Below, one piece after another: positions 1 to 13,245 of a DNA stretch of 64,000 nt; position 1 is the stretch's first letter; each line of letters opens with the position of its first letter. A model generated the notes under the pieces. That model was not told the DNA's origin. It was given only the letters and a program-made list of their open reading frames with translations, and searched no databases. Source of the stretch: Heteronotia binoei (lineage: Eukaryota); assembly GCF_032191835.1 (NCBI RefSeq), contig NC_083223.1, positions 51,460,001 through 51,524,000 on the forward strand, in the 5' to 3' direction. A program made the translations under genes and the position numbers.

Positions 1-10
1 AAAGGCTTAT

Positions 11-126
11 TAACTATAAAACCCTCCCAATAATTATCCTTCCTTAATTAATTTGCCACAGGTCAATTTTTAGTTTCAGAAGCTCATTAATCATAAGAAA
101 CCCTCCCAATAAATTCTTCCCTAATT
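11..126. repeat. Degenerate ~79-bp tandem repeat (two partial units) forming the RTE target site
   Basis: AAACCCTCCCAAT-A(A)TT..CTTCC(T/C)TAATT occurs at ~19-50 and ~98-126. Unit 1 continues AATTTGCC; the sequence after the RTE continues AATTAATTTGG. Confidence 0.45.
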
Positions 127-3100
127 CTCTCTCGGCTTGACTTCGCGAACGAAGATTTAAGAAGGGTGCAGTAGTCCACATCTGCTGCAGGCTCGCTGGT
201 GGCTGACAAGACCAATGCGGGACAGGCAGATCCGGCCACAATGGCTGCAGGGAAAAGTCTGATTTGGGGTTGGTGCTGTAGCAGTGTGATTCTTCCTCAA
301 TCTCCTTTTGTCCTCAAGACCAGCTATGCGTGCGTTCTCAAAGGAAGAGACAGCCTGGTGGATGGTGTGCCTCCATGCTTTGCGATCTGAGGCTAAGTCA
401 GACCACTGGTGATGGTTGATGCGACAGGTGCCAAGGGATTTCTTCAAGGAGTCCTTGTACCTCTTCTTTGGTGCCCCTCTATTTCGATGGCCGGTGGAAA
501 GTTCGCCATACAGAGCAATCTTGGGAAGGCGGTGGTTTTCCATCCTAGAAATATGCCCTGCCCAGCGCAGCTGCGTCTTCAACAGCAGTGCTTCGATGCT
601 GGTAACCTCCGCCCTCTTGAGGACTTCAGTGTTGGTTACAAAGTCACTCCAGTGGATGTTGAGGATGGTGCGAAGGCAGCGCTGATGAAGGCGCTCAAGG
701 AGTCGCAGGTGATGACGGTATAAAACCCACGATTCGGAGCCGTAGATGAGGGTTGTCAACACAACCGCTTTGTAAACATTGATCTTTGTGCCTTTTTTCA
801 GATGCTTGTTGCTCCATACTCTTTTGTGCAGTCGGCCAACTGCACGGTTTGCCTTTGCCAGCCTGTTGTCGATCTCCTTGTCCATCTTGGCATCTGAGGA
901 GATGATGCACCCCAGGTAGCTGAACTGCTGGACTGTCTTCAGTACTGATTCACCCACAGTGATGCAGGGAGGGTGATAATCTTCCTGGGGTGCAGGCTGG
1001 TGGAGAACTTCTGTCTTCTTCAGACTAACTTCTAGGCCGAATAGCTTGGCAGCCTCTGCAAAGCAGGACGTCATATGCTGCAGAGCTGATACCGAGTGGG
1101 AGACGAGTGCAGCAGCATCAGCAAACAGTAGCTCTCGGATGAGTTTTTCCATTGTTTTGGACTGAGCCTTTAGTCGCCTCAGGTTGAACAGGCTGCCATC
1201 AGTGCGATAGCGGATGTAGACACCATCGTCATCATCTAGATCTACTGCGGCTCTTTGAAGCATCATGCTAAAGAAGATCGTAAATAGAGTTGGCGCGAGA
1301 ACGCAGCCTTGCTTTACACCTGTGCCTATTGGGAAGGGCTCCGAGAGGTCGTTGCAGTGTCTGACTTGGCCTCGCTGGTCTTCATGTAGCTGGATGATCA
1401 TGCTGAGGAATCTCGGGGGACATCCTAAACGTTCCAAGATTTGCCACAGGCCTTTCCTGCTAACGGTATCGAAAGCTTTGGTAAGGTCGACAAAAGTCAC
1501 ATATAGACCCTTGTTCTGTTCCCTGCATTTCTCTTGGAGCTGCCTGAGAGCAAATACCATGTCGGTGGTGCTCCAGTTAGATCTGAAGCCGCACTGACTC
1601 TCTGGGAGGAGTTCTTCTGCAATGGTGGGCACCAGTCTGTTCAGAAGTATTCTGGCAAGGATTTTGCCTGCGATGGAGAGCAGGGTTATCCCCCGGTAGT
1701 TGGAGCAGTCTGACTTTTCTCCTTTGTTCTTGAATAGAGTGATGATGATTGCATCGCGAAAGTCCTGTGGTAGTTTGCCTTGTTCCCAGCAGGTGACATG
1801 TACTTGGTGAAGTGTGCTGTGTAGTACTGTGCCCCCATGCTTCCAGATCTCTGGTGGGATTCCATCAACTCCCGCTGCCTTGCCACTTTTCAGTTGCGTG
1901 ATGGCTTTAACAGTCTCTTCTAGGGTGGGGATCTCATCCAACTCTGTTTTCACTGGTTGAAGTGGGGTGAGGTGGATTGCTGAATCTTGAACTACGCGGT
2001 TGGCACTGAAGAGAGCCTGAAAATACTCCGACCACCGGTTCAGTATGGATGCCTTGTCTGTGAGGAGCACTTGGCTGTCTACACTACGCAAGGGACTCTG
2101 AGCCTGATATGATGGGCCATATACTGTCTTCAGGGCTTCGTAGAACCCTCTTAAGTCACCAGTGTCTGCACACAGCTGGGTTCTCTCTGCAAGCTTGGTC
2201 CACCACTCGTTCTGAATGTCTCGAAGCTTGCGCTGGAGGTTGCTACATGCAGCGCGAAAGATTGCTTTTTTCCCGGGACAGGAGGGCTGAGCAAGATGTG
2301 CTTGGTAGGCAGATCTCTTTTTCGCTAGTAATTCTTGGATCTCTTGATTGTTCTCGTCAAACCAGTCCTTGTTTTTCCTTGTGGAGAACCCGAGGACTTC
2401 TTCAGAGGTCAACAGGATGGTAGTTTTTAGGTGTTCCCAGAGTGCTTCTGGAGAAGGGTCTGTGGGGCAACTGGGGTCCTCAATTTTTGACTGGAGTTTT
2501 GCCTGGAAGGCAGCTTTAACTTCAGCTGACTGAAGGCTGCCAACCTGAAGCTTCCTCTAAGGGATACCTCCTCTCCTGGGTGTGGGCTTAAAGTGAAGAC
2601 GGAGATTGCAGCGTACAAGATGATGATCCGTATGACATTCCGCACTGGGCATTACTCGGGTGTGTAAGACATCTCGAAGGTCTCTCTGGCGCACCAGAAT
2701 GTAGTCGATAAGGTGCCAGTGCTTGGACCGTGGGTGCATCCAGGTTGTCTTCAGGCTGTTCTTCTGCTGAAAGATAGTGTTGGTAATGGTAAGCTGGTGC
2801 TCCGTGCAGAATTCTAGCAGGAGGCGCCCGTTATCATTGCAGTTGCCAATGCCGTGTTTGCCAAGTACTCCTTTCCAGGCTTCCAAGTCTTTACCTACTC
2901 TGGCATTGAAGTCGCCAAGGATGATCACCTTGTCCTCTGTAGGGGTCTTCCGTACGAGGTTGCATAGATCAGCATAGAACTTGTTCTTTTCTGCAGGATC
3001 TGCTTGAAGAGTTGGGGCATACACACTAAAGAGTGTTGCATGCAGCTTGTTTTGAAGTGGGAGGCGCATGGACATAATGCGATCTGAGTGACCTGTTGGC

Positions 3101-4212
3101 AGGTTTTTGAGTTTGGAGGCAATGGAGTTCCTGACCATGAAGCCAACGCCAGAAAGGCGGCTCTCAGCCTTTGACTTACCCGACCAGTAGAGGGTATAGC
3201 CAGCACCATGTTCTTGAAGACTACCTTCCTCAGGGAAACGGACCTCACTGAGAGCTGCTATGTCAATATTCAACCTGAGAAGTTCGTGGGCAACTAGAGC
3301 AAAGCGTCGTTCAGGGCGACCACTGTCTACTGCGTCAAGCATGGTTCTGATGTTCCAACACGCAAGCTTAAGTCTTTGCACACTTTGTGAGGCAGGTGCA
3401 TGCCTTTTCTTTGTTGTTATTTTTTGACCGCAAGTAAGGATGCCCGTTGACCGCGGCTAGCCAACTGGGGTGGGGGAGACAAGCTTTGTTTAGGCCACCT
3501 TTTCTAGGCCCCTCTCCATGTGGAGCAAGCAGTGCTGTCCCTAGATAAGGCTGCTTGGTCATTCAGGGTGCTGCCGAAAGATGCTTTCGTCTCCGGGTCA
3601 GCATCAGGCAACCAATACCCTAAACCGCCTACATGCAGGATCGGGACTGCGGCTTCCAGTGGCACCTTCCACCTGCCGTTTTGCCCCTTGCCCATGGCTG
3701 CAGGACTTGGTGTGTTGTGGGTTGTGGATGTGGATATGCCCTTCAGGCCTGCGCAGAGGAATTTTTAGGTGAGGCACAGTGTGCGCAGTACTGGCTCCAC
3801 CCTTTCACCATGGGGTCATCTGCCATGGCCCAGTAAGCCGGGACACCGGCAGCGAGTCCTCCAGGTGGTAGGTGTTACATTAACGAGCTCTATCTGCCCG
3901 GGTTTGATGTTAGAGTTTTCCTTCTCTTGGCTGACGAGGTTGGTCAGCCCAGCCTGCCCATCCGGTTATACCGCCGGACATTCGGTCGCACCATGACATG
4001 GCAAACTCTGTGAGAAACGGGGGGGACCAGCGAGAAGGTGTTGCCACGGATGCAGTAATGCAGGAGAGGCCATTGCAGTGACCATCTGCCAGGCATAGCC
4101 GGACAGTGACCACGCAGCGTTCACTACACCGGGAAGGAGAGGCTATGTATTGCGCATACACTTTCCCTGGGGGGGCAGGATACCCAAGAGGGAGCCCACC
4201 CCTCCCCCCCCC
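127..4212 (-). mobile_element. RTE-clade LINE, essentially full length (~4.1 kb: ~830-bp 5'UTR, single ORF, GA-repeat tail)
   Basis: One APE-RT-zinc finger reading frame with no ORF1. The 3' end reads CTTCGTTCGCGAAGTCAAGCC(GA)n. G-rich 5' end. Probable 4-bp AATT duplication at 123-126 and 4213-4216. Confidence 0.95.
157..3381 (-). pseudogene. RTE ORF (APE endonuclease, reverse transcriptase, C-terminal C2H2-like finger), inactivated
   Basis: ORFs 2557-3381 (WNIRT, LSEVR, GDFNAR, DYILV, TDH) and 157-2412 (KAAGVDG, DLTKAFD, QGCVLAP, LLFADAAAL, CSHCGR..SRIGLVSH) share a frame. They are separated only by TAG at 2557-2559 and 48 open codons. The RT motif reads FADA instead of (Y/F)ADD. Confidence 0.93.
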
Positions 4213-4375
4213 AATTAATTTGGATATAAATCCAATATCTTCTTCTTATGAAGTGTTTTAGTCGATTTCTGCAAATGTTTAGGAAATAGAATATTCACCA
4301 GGTTGACATGTGAGCTGTGTTCAAGATGAGCTACCAACAGTACCATCTGAAGGATGGTCTTTTGGTCTTTCATCC

Positions 4376-7215
4376 CAGGTTATTCGGTCTTTCACCAATC
4401 GCAGACTAGCGGGCGGGGGGGAGGAGTGGCGTTATTTATATGAGAGGCTTACTCCTTCAGGGCGCTCCCGGCCCCAAGGATCGAGGGTATCAAATGTGCC
4501 AGTCTGGCGTGGGAGGCTGGAGAGGGGTTGGCGGTCTGGCTGGTATATCGTACGCCTAACACACCAGCCAGCGCCTTACCGTCCCTACTCGAGGCGGCGA
4601 CAGGCTGGGCGTTGGGGCACCCAAAGCTGATAATCCTGGGTGACTTCAACGTCCATGCTGATGACCTGGCCTCTAGTCAGGCGGTGGATCTAGTGTCATC
4701 CATGGCGACACTAGGACTCTCTCAATTTGTTACAGCTCCCACTCACCAGGCCAGGCACATGTTAGACTTAATCTTTGTGGCAGGGGTTACGGTGGACAAT
4801 ATAGCAACCAAAGTGGTGCCATGGTCGGACCACCTTGCCCTTAAGGCTCATGTAGATACACCACCCCAAACCTGTTTAGGCGACGAGCCTATTATGGCTC
4901 GCCCATGGAGCCAGATGGACCCAGAATGGTTCCAAATGGCTCTGCGGGATCCCTGGCCCTCTGGTGATCCCCTTGATGGCCTGGTTGAGACCTGGAATAG
5001 CCAGCTCTCTAGGGCCATTGATGAGATCGCACCTCGACGCCCTCTACGACCTCGGATTAGGCTGGCTCCATGGTACACCCTGGAGTTATGCCAGCTGAAA
5101 CAAGGTCTTAGACGGCTAGAGAGGCAATGGCGGCGTACCCGTGACGAAGCGGCTAGAACATCTTATAGGGAGTTTATGAGGTCCTATGAGATGGCAGTCA
5201 AGGCCACAAAGAAAATATACTTTGTGGCTAAGATTGCTTCGGCAAATTCGCACCCGGCACAATTATTTAGGATAATTCGGAACTTTACCACATTGCCACA
5301 AGGCAAACCAAATGTTAAGGAATTGGAGATAGGCTGTGAGGCTTTTGCGGAAATTTTTGCAGACAAGGTCCAGTCACTCCACCACGACTGCCCTGCCATA
5401 TTAGATACAGTAAGTGAACTCGAGGCCCCGTGCGTGTCTTCTAATTTGATCCTGGGCCACTTCGACCCACTCAGCTTGGAGGAAGTCGACAGAATCCTTG
5501 TCATTGCACGCCCAACTACTTGTGATCTGGACACATGCCCCTCCTGGCTAATTAAGGTCTGCCAGGAGAAGCTAAGATGTCCTATACGGGACATCATAAA
5601 TAGATGTCTTTCGGAGGGCTTTTTTCCAACACCCCTATAGGAGACAGTGGTCCGCCCTCTCTTGAAAAGGGTTACATCTGATCCGGCCGAATTGGCTCAC
5701 TATCGGCCGGTCTCAAATTTGCCCTTTTTGGGCAAAATCATTGAGAGGGCTGTGGCGTTGCAGTTACAGGGCTTCTTGGATGACGCTTCCACCTTAGATC
5801 CATACCAGTCCGGCTTTCGCCCGGGCCATGGGATGGAGACAGTATTGGTCGCCCTCATGAATGACCTACGGCGACATCTGGATCAAGGCGGCTCGGCAGT
5901 ACTGCTGTTGTTAGACCTATCGGCTGCGTTCGATATGGTCGACCATTGGCTGCTGACCCGCTGCCTCGCCGACGGAGGAATTTGGGGGCTAGCCTTACAG
6001 TGGCTTTCCTCCTTCCTTGAGGGTCAGGGACAAAGGGTGGTGATTGGAGGAGAGCTGTCCCAGAGGTGCTTACTTAATTGTGGGGTGCCTCAGGGGGCAG
6101 TTCTCTCCCCGATGTTGTTTAACATCTTCATGCACCCCCTTGCCCAGATTGCCCAAAGGTACGGACTGGGTTGTCACCAGTACGCTGATGACACCCAGCT
6201 CTATCTATTGATGGGCGGCCAAACTGGCGACGTCCCTGTAAATCTGGACCGGGCGCTGCAAGCCATGGCAGGGTGGATCAAGTTGAGTGGGCTGAAGTTG
6301 AATCCAGCAAAGACAGAGGTTCTTTGTGTGCGTCGCGGCGGGCTAGGAGAGGAGATCTCCCTACCAGCCTTTGACGGTGCGTCGCTGATACCAGCGCGCA
6401 GGGTCAGGAGCTTGGGAGTGCCTTTGGAGCCTTCCTTGACAATGGAGGCACAGATAGCAGCCACTGCTAAAGCCGCCTTCTTCCACCTTAGGAGGGCGAA
6501 GCAGTTGGCTCCTTCCTGGAATGCGATGACCTAGCAACAGTGATTCATGCAATGGTCACCTCAAGGTTGGACTACTGTAATGCCCTCTACATGGGGCTGC
6601 CCCTGTACTGAACTCGGAAACTGCAGCTAGTGCAGAATGCGGCAGCCAGGCTGTTAGTGGGACTACCTCGGTGGGAACACATGCAGCCTAGGTTGTGTTC
6701 CAAGTTCATTACAAGGTGCTGGTTATTACCTTTAAAGCCCTATATGGCCGAGGACCTGCCTACCTTAGGGGCCGCCTCTCTCCATACATCCCCCAGAGAG
6801 CACTGAGATCTAGTTCTCAAAATCTTCTAAAAATCCCTGGACCAAGGGAGGCCAAACTGAAAACAACGCGGGAGCAGGCCTTCTCAATAATGGCTCCCCA
6901 TTGGTGGAATCAACTACCAGAGGAGGTGCGAGCCCTGCGGGACTATAATCAGTTCCGCAGGGCCTGTAAAACTGCCCTTTTTCAAATGGCCTATAAGATG
7001 GAATCCTGAAGTGACACCTAGCCATCTTGACATATACATATATACTGCATGGTACTGTAGCACCTTTAATTTGTAGTGGTTTTAATTAATTTCTCTTAAA
7101 TGTATTTTAATTGTATTTTACTGTATAAATGTATTTATTATACTCATGGTACTTTCCATGTCTTGTGAGCCACCCTGAGCCTGCCTTGGTGGGGAGGGTG
7201 GGATATAAATAAAAG

Positions 7216-7276
<61 letters not shown>
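4376..7276 (+). mobile_element. L2-clade LINE, 5'-truncated within the endonuclease, disrupted ORF2
   Basis: Motifs PGYSVFHQ..GRGGGVALFI, VYRTP, LGDFNVH, SDH, YRPVSNL, QSGFRPGH, DLSAAFD, PQGAVLSP, YADDTQLY. Stops at ~4441 and 5638-5640, a frameshift at ~6520, and a short deletion at ~6690 relative to the 51-52 kb L2. Ends in the GTGAGCCACCCTGAG stem-loop and a (TTA)n tail. Confidence 0.94.
7217..7276 (+). repeat. (TTA)n microsatellite tail of L2
   Basis: About 20 TTA units directly visible. Confidence 0.98.
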
Positions 7277-7277
<1 letters not shown>

Positions 7278-7420
7278 GGAGATCTACCTACAGTCCTTCT
7301 CAGGTCTGCTCAATGGGGCTTACTCCTAGAAGAGTCTTTTTAGGATTGCCTTGTAAAAGAGCACTTTTAAGTAGTTCCACTCAGATCAAGGGAGCTTCCT
7401 CCGGAGAAACTGTGGGATGG

Positions 7421-8148
7421 CATAAGAACATAAGAACATAAGAGAAGCCATGTTGGATCAGGCCAACGGCCCATCAAGTCCAACACTCTGTGTCACACAG
7501 TGGCAAAAAATTTTATATACACACATACACTGTGGCTAATAGCCACTGATGGACCTGTGCTCCATATTTTTATCTAAACCCTTCTTAAAGGTGGCTATAC
7601 TTGTGGCCGCCACCACCTCCTGTGGCAGTGAATTCCACATGTTAATCACCCTTTGGGTGAAGAAGTACTTCCTTTTATCCATTTTAACCTGTCTGCTCAG
7701 CAATTTCATCGAATGCCCACGAGTTCTTGTATTGTGAGAAAGGGAGAAAAGTACTTCTTTCTCTACTTTCTCCATCCCATGCATTATCTTGTAAACCTCT
7801 ATCATGTCACCCCGCAGTCGACGTTTCTCCAAGCTAAAGAGTCCCAAGCATTTCAACCTTTCTTCATAGGGAAAGTGCTCCAGCCCTTTAATCATTCTAG
7901 TTGCCCTTCTCTGGACTTTCTCCAATGCTATAATATCCTTTTTGAGGTGCGGCGACCAGAACTGCACACAGTACTCCAAATGAGACCGCACCATCGATTT
8001 ATACAGGGGCATTATGATACTGGCTGATTTGTTTTCAATTCCCTTCTTAATAATTCCCAGCATTGCGTTGGCCTTTTTTATTGCAAACGCACACTGTCTT
8101 GACATTTTCAGTGAGTTATCTACCACGACCCCAAGATCTCTCTCTTGG
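7421..8148 (-). mobile_element. CR1 LINE 3' fragment
   Basis: ORF 7536-8126 is a CR1 ORF2 C-terminus (KKANAMLGII, LEYCVQFWSP, GLFSLEKRRLRGDMIEVYK, FFTQRVINMWNSLP). (CATAAGAA)x3 octamer tail at 7421-7442. Confidence 0.96.
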
Positions 8149-8749
8149 CACTGGGAGTGGTCTCTTTTTAAAAAAAATCATATTTGATAAATATAAAGAA
8201 ACCCAAAAGATATCTATTTCAATACTTTTAGATCATTAAAAAAATCATTTCAAATTATTAATATTAGTAGTTAGGGCAAAATGGCCCCAAAACTGGCACC
8301 AGGCTTGTTACCACTGTGAATTTTCAAATTTTGAAATGCTTTTATTAATTACTATGTGTGGCAAAATAAAAATGTTATCATTTTGATATCTGAGCCATTT
8401 AAACATAACAGAAAATATATTAGGAAACAGGGAGAGAGCTGATTAGAGTTAGCAATTGCATGGAGGTGGGGTGGGGTGGAAACCCTATCCATTTAATACA
8501 GGTTTGATGGGATATTATTTACCAGGTGATATTCTTTACCTCCATGCCAATCACTTATTTCCAAACATTAAGTGACTACTAAAGGAACAGGACGTGTTTT
8601 TTTTTCCAGGTCTGCTAGCAATCCTAGCACTAATACTTTGGTTTTTTATCATTTGTGAATGGTAATCATTTCCTTTTATAATAAAAAAAGCCATCAACAG
8701 CTTCTCAAAAACTGATATTAGATGTGTTCAAAGGAATCAAAAGAAAATC

Positions 8750-9300
8750 ATATCAGATGGTAGAGAATAAATCGCGGTTAAATGAATTAAGGGAATGCTG
8801 TGAGATATAGTTGGGAATTAAAAGAAATGATAAAAATTGGAACACTGTTTTTATGAGGGGAAGATGAGTTAACATATCCATTAAGGTGGCATTTGCACAG
8901 CAAAAATTATTTAAAAGTGGAGAAGATACTGGAGAGGGTACAGTAATAGGTAATGCAACTTCCATATGCTACTCTGAAGTTTTTGGATTTGTAGGTTTAA
9001 TTATGGAGCAGAAAGTTCATAAATCTGTGGTATTAGTTATTTTCCATTATAAAAATGAGAACCAGATATACAGGATTCATAGACCAATTATTAGCTACTG
9101 ATGGAGTAAAGGTAGCAGCTCAGTGGAAACGACAACTAAGTCACTGAGAAGTTGGTCATAAAAAGATATGGTTTCAATTAACTATGACAAAATTACATAT
9201 CAGATTGAAGAAAAGGGTTACTTATTCATAATATATTTTAAAATAGTGGGTGCATTAATATGGAATATTCAAGTGATCCTTTAGGAAACTGTAGTACAAT
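8750..9300 (+). mobile_element. Highly decayed L1/Tx1-type ORF2 C-terminal remnant
   Basis: Broken-frame similarity to the L1 C-terminus: YWRG..N..C.FHM..W.C-like knuckle, then LLAT..VKVAAQWK and INYDKITY. Many stops. Confidence 0.4.
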
Positions 9301-10011
9301 TCCTTTTTAAAGCATTGTTGGAATATAATAGAATATTAATACACTTAGATATGTTTTATTTCATTTTGCTTCAATAAGATGATGATGATATGGAATCATT
9401 TCTCTCATTGATTGATGTAATAGTTTGTTATTAAAGGTATTTTAAATAACTGAAAATCATTTTATTTTAATATTATTATTTGACATGTTTGTAACTTTTG
9501 TTAACAATCATCCCTATTTGGAGACAAAGGCTCAAAAAGTGATTATACAAGGAAAAGGAATATTCAGAAACAAGTCAATTACATTTAGCACTGAAATGTT
9601 AAACTCATATACTGGATGCACATTTTATATTCTTTTTCAAAAACTCTTTTTCTTTAAGTGGACATGAAGGGTGAGGACTTATCTTTGTTTCCAGTCCCAG
9701 AAGTATTTTTCACAGTCTGTTGAGATGTAAGGCACAACATGTTTGAGTGAAAATGGGTTAAACAAAGCTTAGAGCAACCTTGCATCATAGGTAAATAGGT
9801 CCACTTAATCTGAGGAATGAGCAAGAGTTGAAGGTCAGTTTACACTTTCCAGCTAAGATTTACTGGGCCATAATTGCCTGTTGATGTCACTGTTGAGAGT
9901 GTCTTGTGTGCTTATGAGTATCATTCAGGTAAATGTTTGTCAGTAGGATGAAAGTTACTCTATTAATTTTACTACCACCACTTCCTTTTTTTTTCTTTTC
10001 TTTTTTTACAG

Positions 10012-10100
10012 GAGGAAAAAAGCCTTTTGTTTTTGGTCAGACTCTTTTGCTGATCTTGATTTTTGTTGCTCTGATTACAGTTGCAGCTGAGCATACAGAG
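10012..10100 (+). other. Candidate exon, unidentified; the one open frame encodes a hydrophobic helix (GKKPFVFGQTLLLILIFVALITVAAEHTE)
   Basis: Long polypyrimidine tract + TTTACAG acceptor and GAG|GTTAGG donor. The other two frames contain stops. No homologue recognised. Confidence 0.3.
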
Positions 10101-12820
10101 GTTAGGCAAAGGGGTCACTGATTTAATGGCAACCATATAAGCATTACTTTATGTCAATACTGGCCTATTGATTCAAATTCCTTTCCTATGCACCTCGCTT
10201 AGCTTAAGTGAAGCTCCATGAGGAGTTGGTTGAGTTGATGGTTTTAAAGAAATAAAAAGCCATATTGTAAAAACTCCAAAATATAAATTATTTTTCCTTT
10301 CCAATTACATGTTTTCAAGGCATTTTATGATCAAACAATACTTTTTAAAAATAAACTGCTCTTCCTTTCACAGAATCAAAAGGTTATGCTCTGCACTTCT
10401 AGGATGTCTCCTATTTCCAGTTAGTAAGAAAAGTCACTGACATGGTCTCCCAGTTTTTAGATGTCTGCAGGAATTCACTGTACCCTTCAAAGCTCATGCA
10501 GAAAAAGAAAGCAGAGTAAGGTTTTCCATGAACATTTTATGTGCCTCATGCCAATCCTTTTTTGAGCCAAGAAAAACCCACAAAATTTTACTAAAACTCA
10601 GCACTGTGCTAGGACAAACTACGGCAAGATTGGAGATGCCCTGTATAATATTTCCTGGTCCTGGGATAGAGGCCACCAGAGCAAGGGACAGCTTAAAACA
10701 ACTTTAATATAAAGAGCAATTTGCTGTATCTGGTAATAGTAAGAAATGAGGTTCAACAGGCCTTAATCATAACTAGGTTTATTGTCTCAGAATGCAGCCA
10801 ACATCAACACTGAACTCCACTCTCTTCAGACACTCTCCAAAACTACAGGGGCTAAAGAGGTCCAAACAACCCCAACTAAAAGGCTTAAGGCAACACAACT
10901 TGTGCAGCAGTCTTCAAGCCTTGTTCTAGAACTAAGGTTAGGTGATCTTAGGACAGGTCCACAAATTCCATTTCCTTAGCACTGTCTAGAGCTCTGTGTC
11001 TAAATTATAAATTCTATTACTATTCTCCAGAAAGCAAGCCATCCATGTTCCAGGATGCTGGAAAAGAAATCTCTTCACTGCTTCCAAACCTGCTTCCAAA
11101 CCTTCCAATCTCTTCACTGCTTCAAGTTGTGGGTAAGAGAGAAAAGCAGTATTCTAACTCTGACATCAGTCCAGTTTGTTACAGGGGCAACATCTGTACA
11201 GGGGCAACATCCAAGCTGGTTAAAGTAAATTCCCCATGGAGAGAGTGGTGCTGAATCTTGTGTTCCTATTAAGGTTACCTTACTAATCTCAGCAGTCAGG
11301 TAGCTCAGATCTATGTGTTGCTATCAGACCTTAAGTCCAGATCTGAGCAGTCCACCTAAAGATTTAGCAGTTTCCCACTTATCTCCTGGTTAGCTACACA
11401 ATTAACTCCATGATCAGAAAATTCAGTGGAAGCTGTCTCAATCATTTATTTACAAAAAAAAAAAAGTCTAAGCTTCACAATGATACACACTAAAACCATT
11501 TCCTTTCATCATATCTCTAAGCATATCTACACCAATACTAATATTACAATAATTACTCAGCTTTTGTCCTTTCTACAAATAAAGTTATGGAAGCTTTCAA
11601 ACTATTCTTTATGACTATTTCATGAGACACTAAAGGTGCGGTCAGACGGGCAAGTTGCTGTGGCAGTTACCTCTGCTTTAAATAAACCATTTGAGTTTGG
11701 GGCAGTTTCTTTCTATCAGACAGCTCTCCCTAAGCTGGCATCATAATGCCATGGGCCCATGGTTGGTGGTTCACATTGCTAACACACCATAGGCAGGGGG
11801 CTTTTTCATGAACCCATGAAAAATGAACATTGATCTATCAACCTTGATCTGTCTATGCTGACCTGCAACAGCTTTCCAGGGCCTCAAGTACAGAGGGATT
11901 TTACATCACCTACTACTTGGCAGGGCAGGACACCCCAATGTCACCAGAACAGTACAGTGCCATTAGCTGCATTTCATGGATGTGTGTTCTCATAATAAGA
12001 GGCCTTGTTTTGCCCCCCCCCAACAGAACTGGAGAGAGCCACATGTGGTGGAGCAGGCAGAAGCAGGCCCAGATTCTCTCAAGAGGGGGAGTTTGTGGGC
12101 AGCTCTGTGTCTTTCAGTCTCTTCACAAGCCTGTTGGAGGCTGGAGGTGGCAAAGAAGATGGAGCACACAGTCTGGGAGCATGTGGCTGCCTAGTGCCTT
12201 CCCTCTGCTGGAGATCTTTTTTTTGAGCCGCAGCCCTGGCCAAGCCAGCCAGAACTGCATTCTTTTGTGTTCCTGCTCAAAAAAAGCCCTGCTACTTGGT
12301 CCTTTTAACTGGAGGTTTCTGCATACAAAGTAGATTTTCTACCACAGAATCACATAGGGCAAGCATTTGAACATGAACACTCATATTTGCATTCTGAAAT
12401 GTTGAAAGTCTTAGAAGGGACATTCAGACTGCACTTTCTGAATATGATGACTGGCTTTTAGTTACCACCCTTTGTTTAACTACTCTATCCTCACTAACAG
12501 TCTGTTGGTCTTTTCTCATGGCCGGTTTCCCACTGTGAAAAGACCCCAGGGTGGAGTTGCTAGGTCCTCCCTCCTCCTCAGCAAGGGACTTTGGGAACAT
12601 TCCTGGAGGGGGAGGAGACATCCTCTATGTAATGCAGTGACATCATCATGTTGGGAATGCACCTGAATCCTAAGCAGCGAATTTTCCACTCTGAGTTCAG
12701 GCCCACACCCCACTCGCAAAAAGCATTTAAAGGGTTCCTGTAAATGCTTTTTCATGCCTTAATGCCAAGCAATGAATTCACTGTTTGGGATTCAGGTTCA
12801 TGAAGACCCTGCTCCTCAAA

Positions 12821-13082
12821 AATCATAGAATCACAGAGTCTGAAGGGGTCATATGGGCCATTTAGTCCAACCCTCTGCTCAAGGCAGGATCAGCCTAGAG
12901 CATCCCTGACAAGTGTTTGTCCAGCCACTGCTTATGGACTGCGAGTGAAGGGGAGCTCACCACCTCCCATTCCATTGTTGAAGAACTCTTACTGTAAAAT
13001 AGTTTTCCCTAATATCCAGCTGGTACCTTCTTGCCTTTAATTTAAACCATTACTACAAGTCCTATCCTCTGCTGCCAACAGA
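12821..13082 (-). mobile_element. CR1 3' end fragment
   Basis: AATCATAGAATCACAGAG tail, then GTCCAACCC..GCTCAAGGCAGGATC and GGGGAGCTCACCACCTCCC, typical of a CR1 3' region. Confidence 0.8.
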
Positions 13083-13115
13083 ATTTGCTGCTTGGATTTC
13101 ACGCATGCAGCCGGT

Positions 13116-13242
13116 GGCCACCCCTCTCCCTCCCCTCCTGTAAGATTTAAAGGGTCCTCCTGCTGACTGGCAGGTCACATGTTCCTGTCAATCAGCTGGA
13201 TGGTCCTTTGAATCTCACAGTAGGGGAGGGAGAAGGATGGCC
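13116..13242. repeat. 127-bp imperfect palindrome (~58-bp arms)
   Basis: GGCCACCCCTCTCCCTCCCCTCCTGTAAGATTTAAAGGGTCCTCCTGCTGACTGGCAGG pairs with CCTGTCAATCAGCTGGATGGTCCTTTGAATCTCACAGTAGGGGAGGGAGAAGGATGGCC. Confidence 0.85.
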
Positions 13243-13245
13243 TCA

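Noticed and set aside
199-3996. Numerous short antisense or overlapping ORFs in the RTE (similarly in L2, CR1 and the GC-rich elements)
   Set aside because: They are shadow frames of retroelement coding or GC-rich sequence with no independent motifs.
3382-4212. Self-cleaving ribozyme (HDV-like or hammerhead) in the RTE 5'UTR, e.g. CTGATGCTGA..CGAAAG near 3585-3610 and the GGCTGAC/GTCAGCC hairpin near 3928-3948
   Set aside because: HDV-like ribozymes are known at RTE 5' ends, but I could not build the double pseudoknot. The hammerhead core lacks CUGANGA, and both sites fold as simple hairpins. An Infernal/RNArobo search would be decisive.
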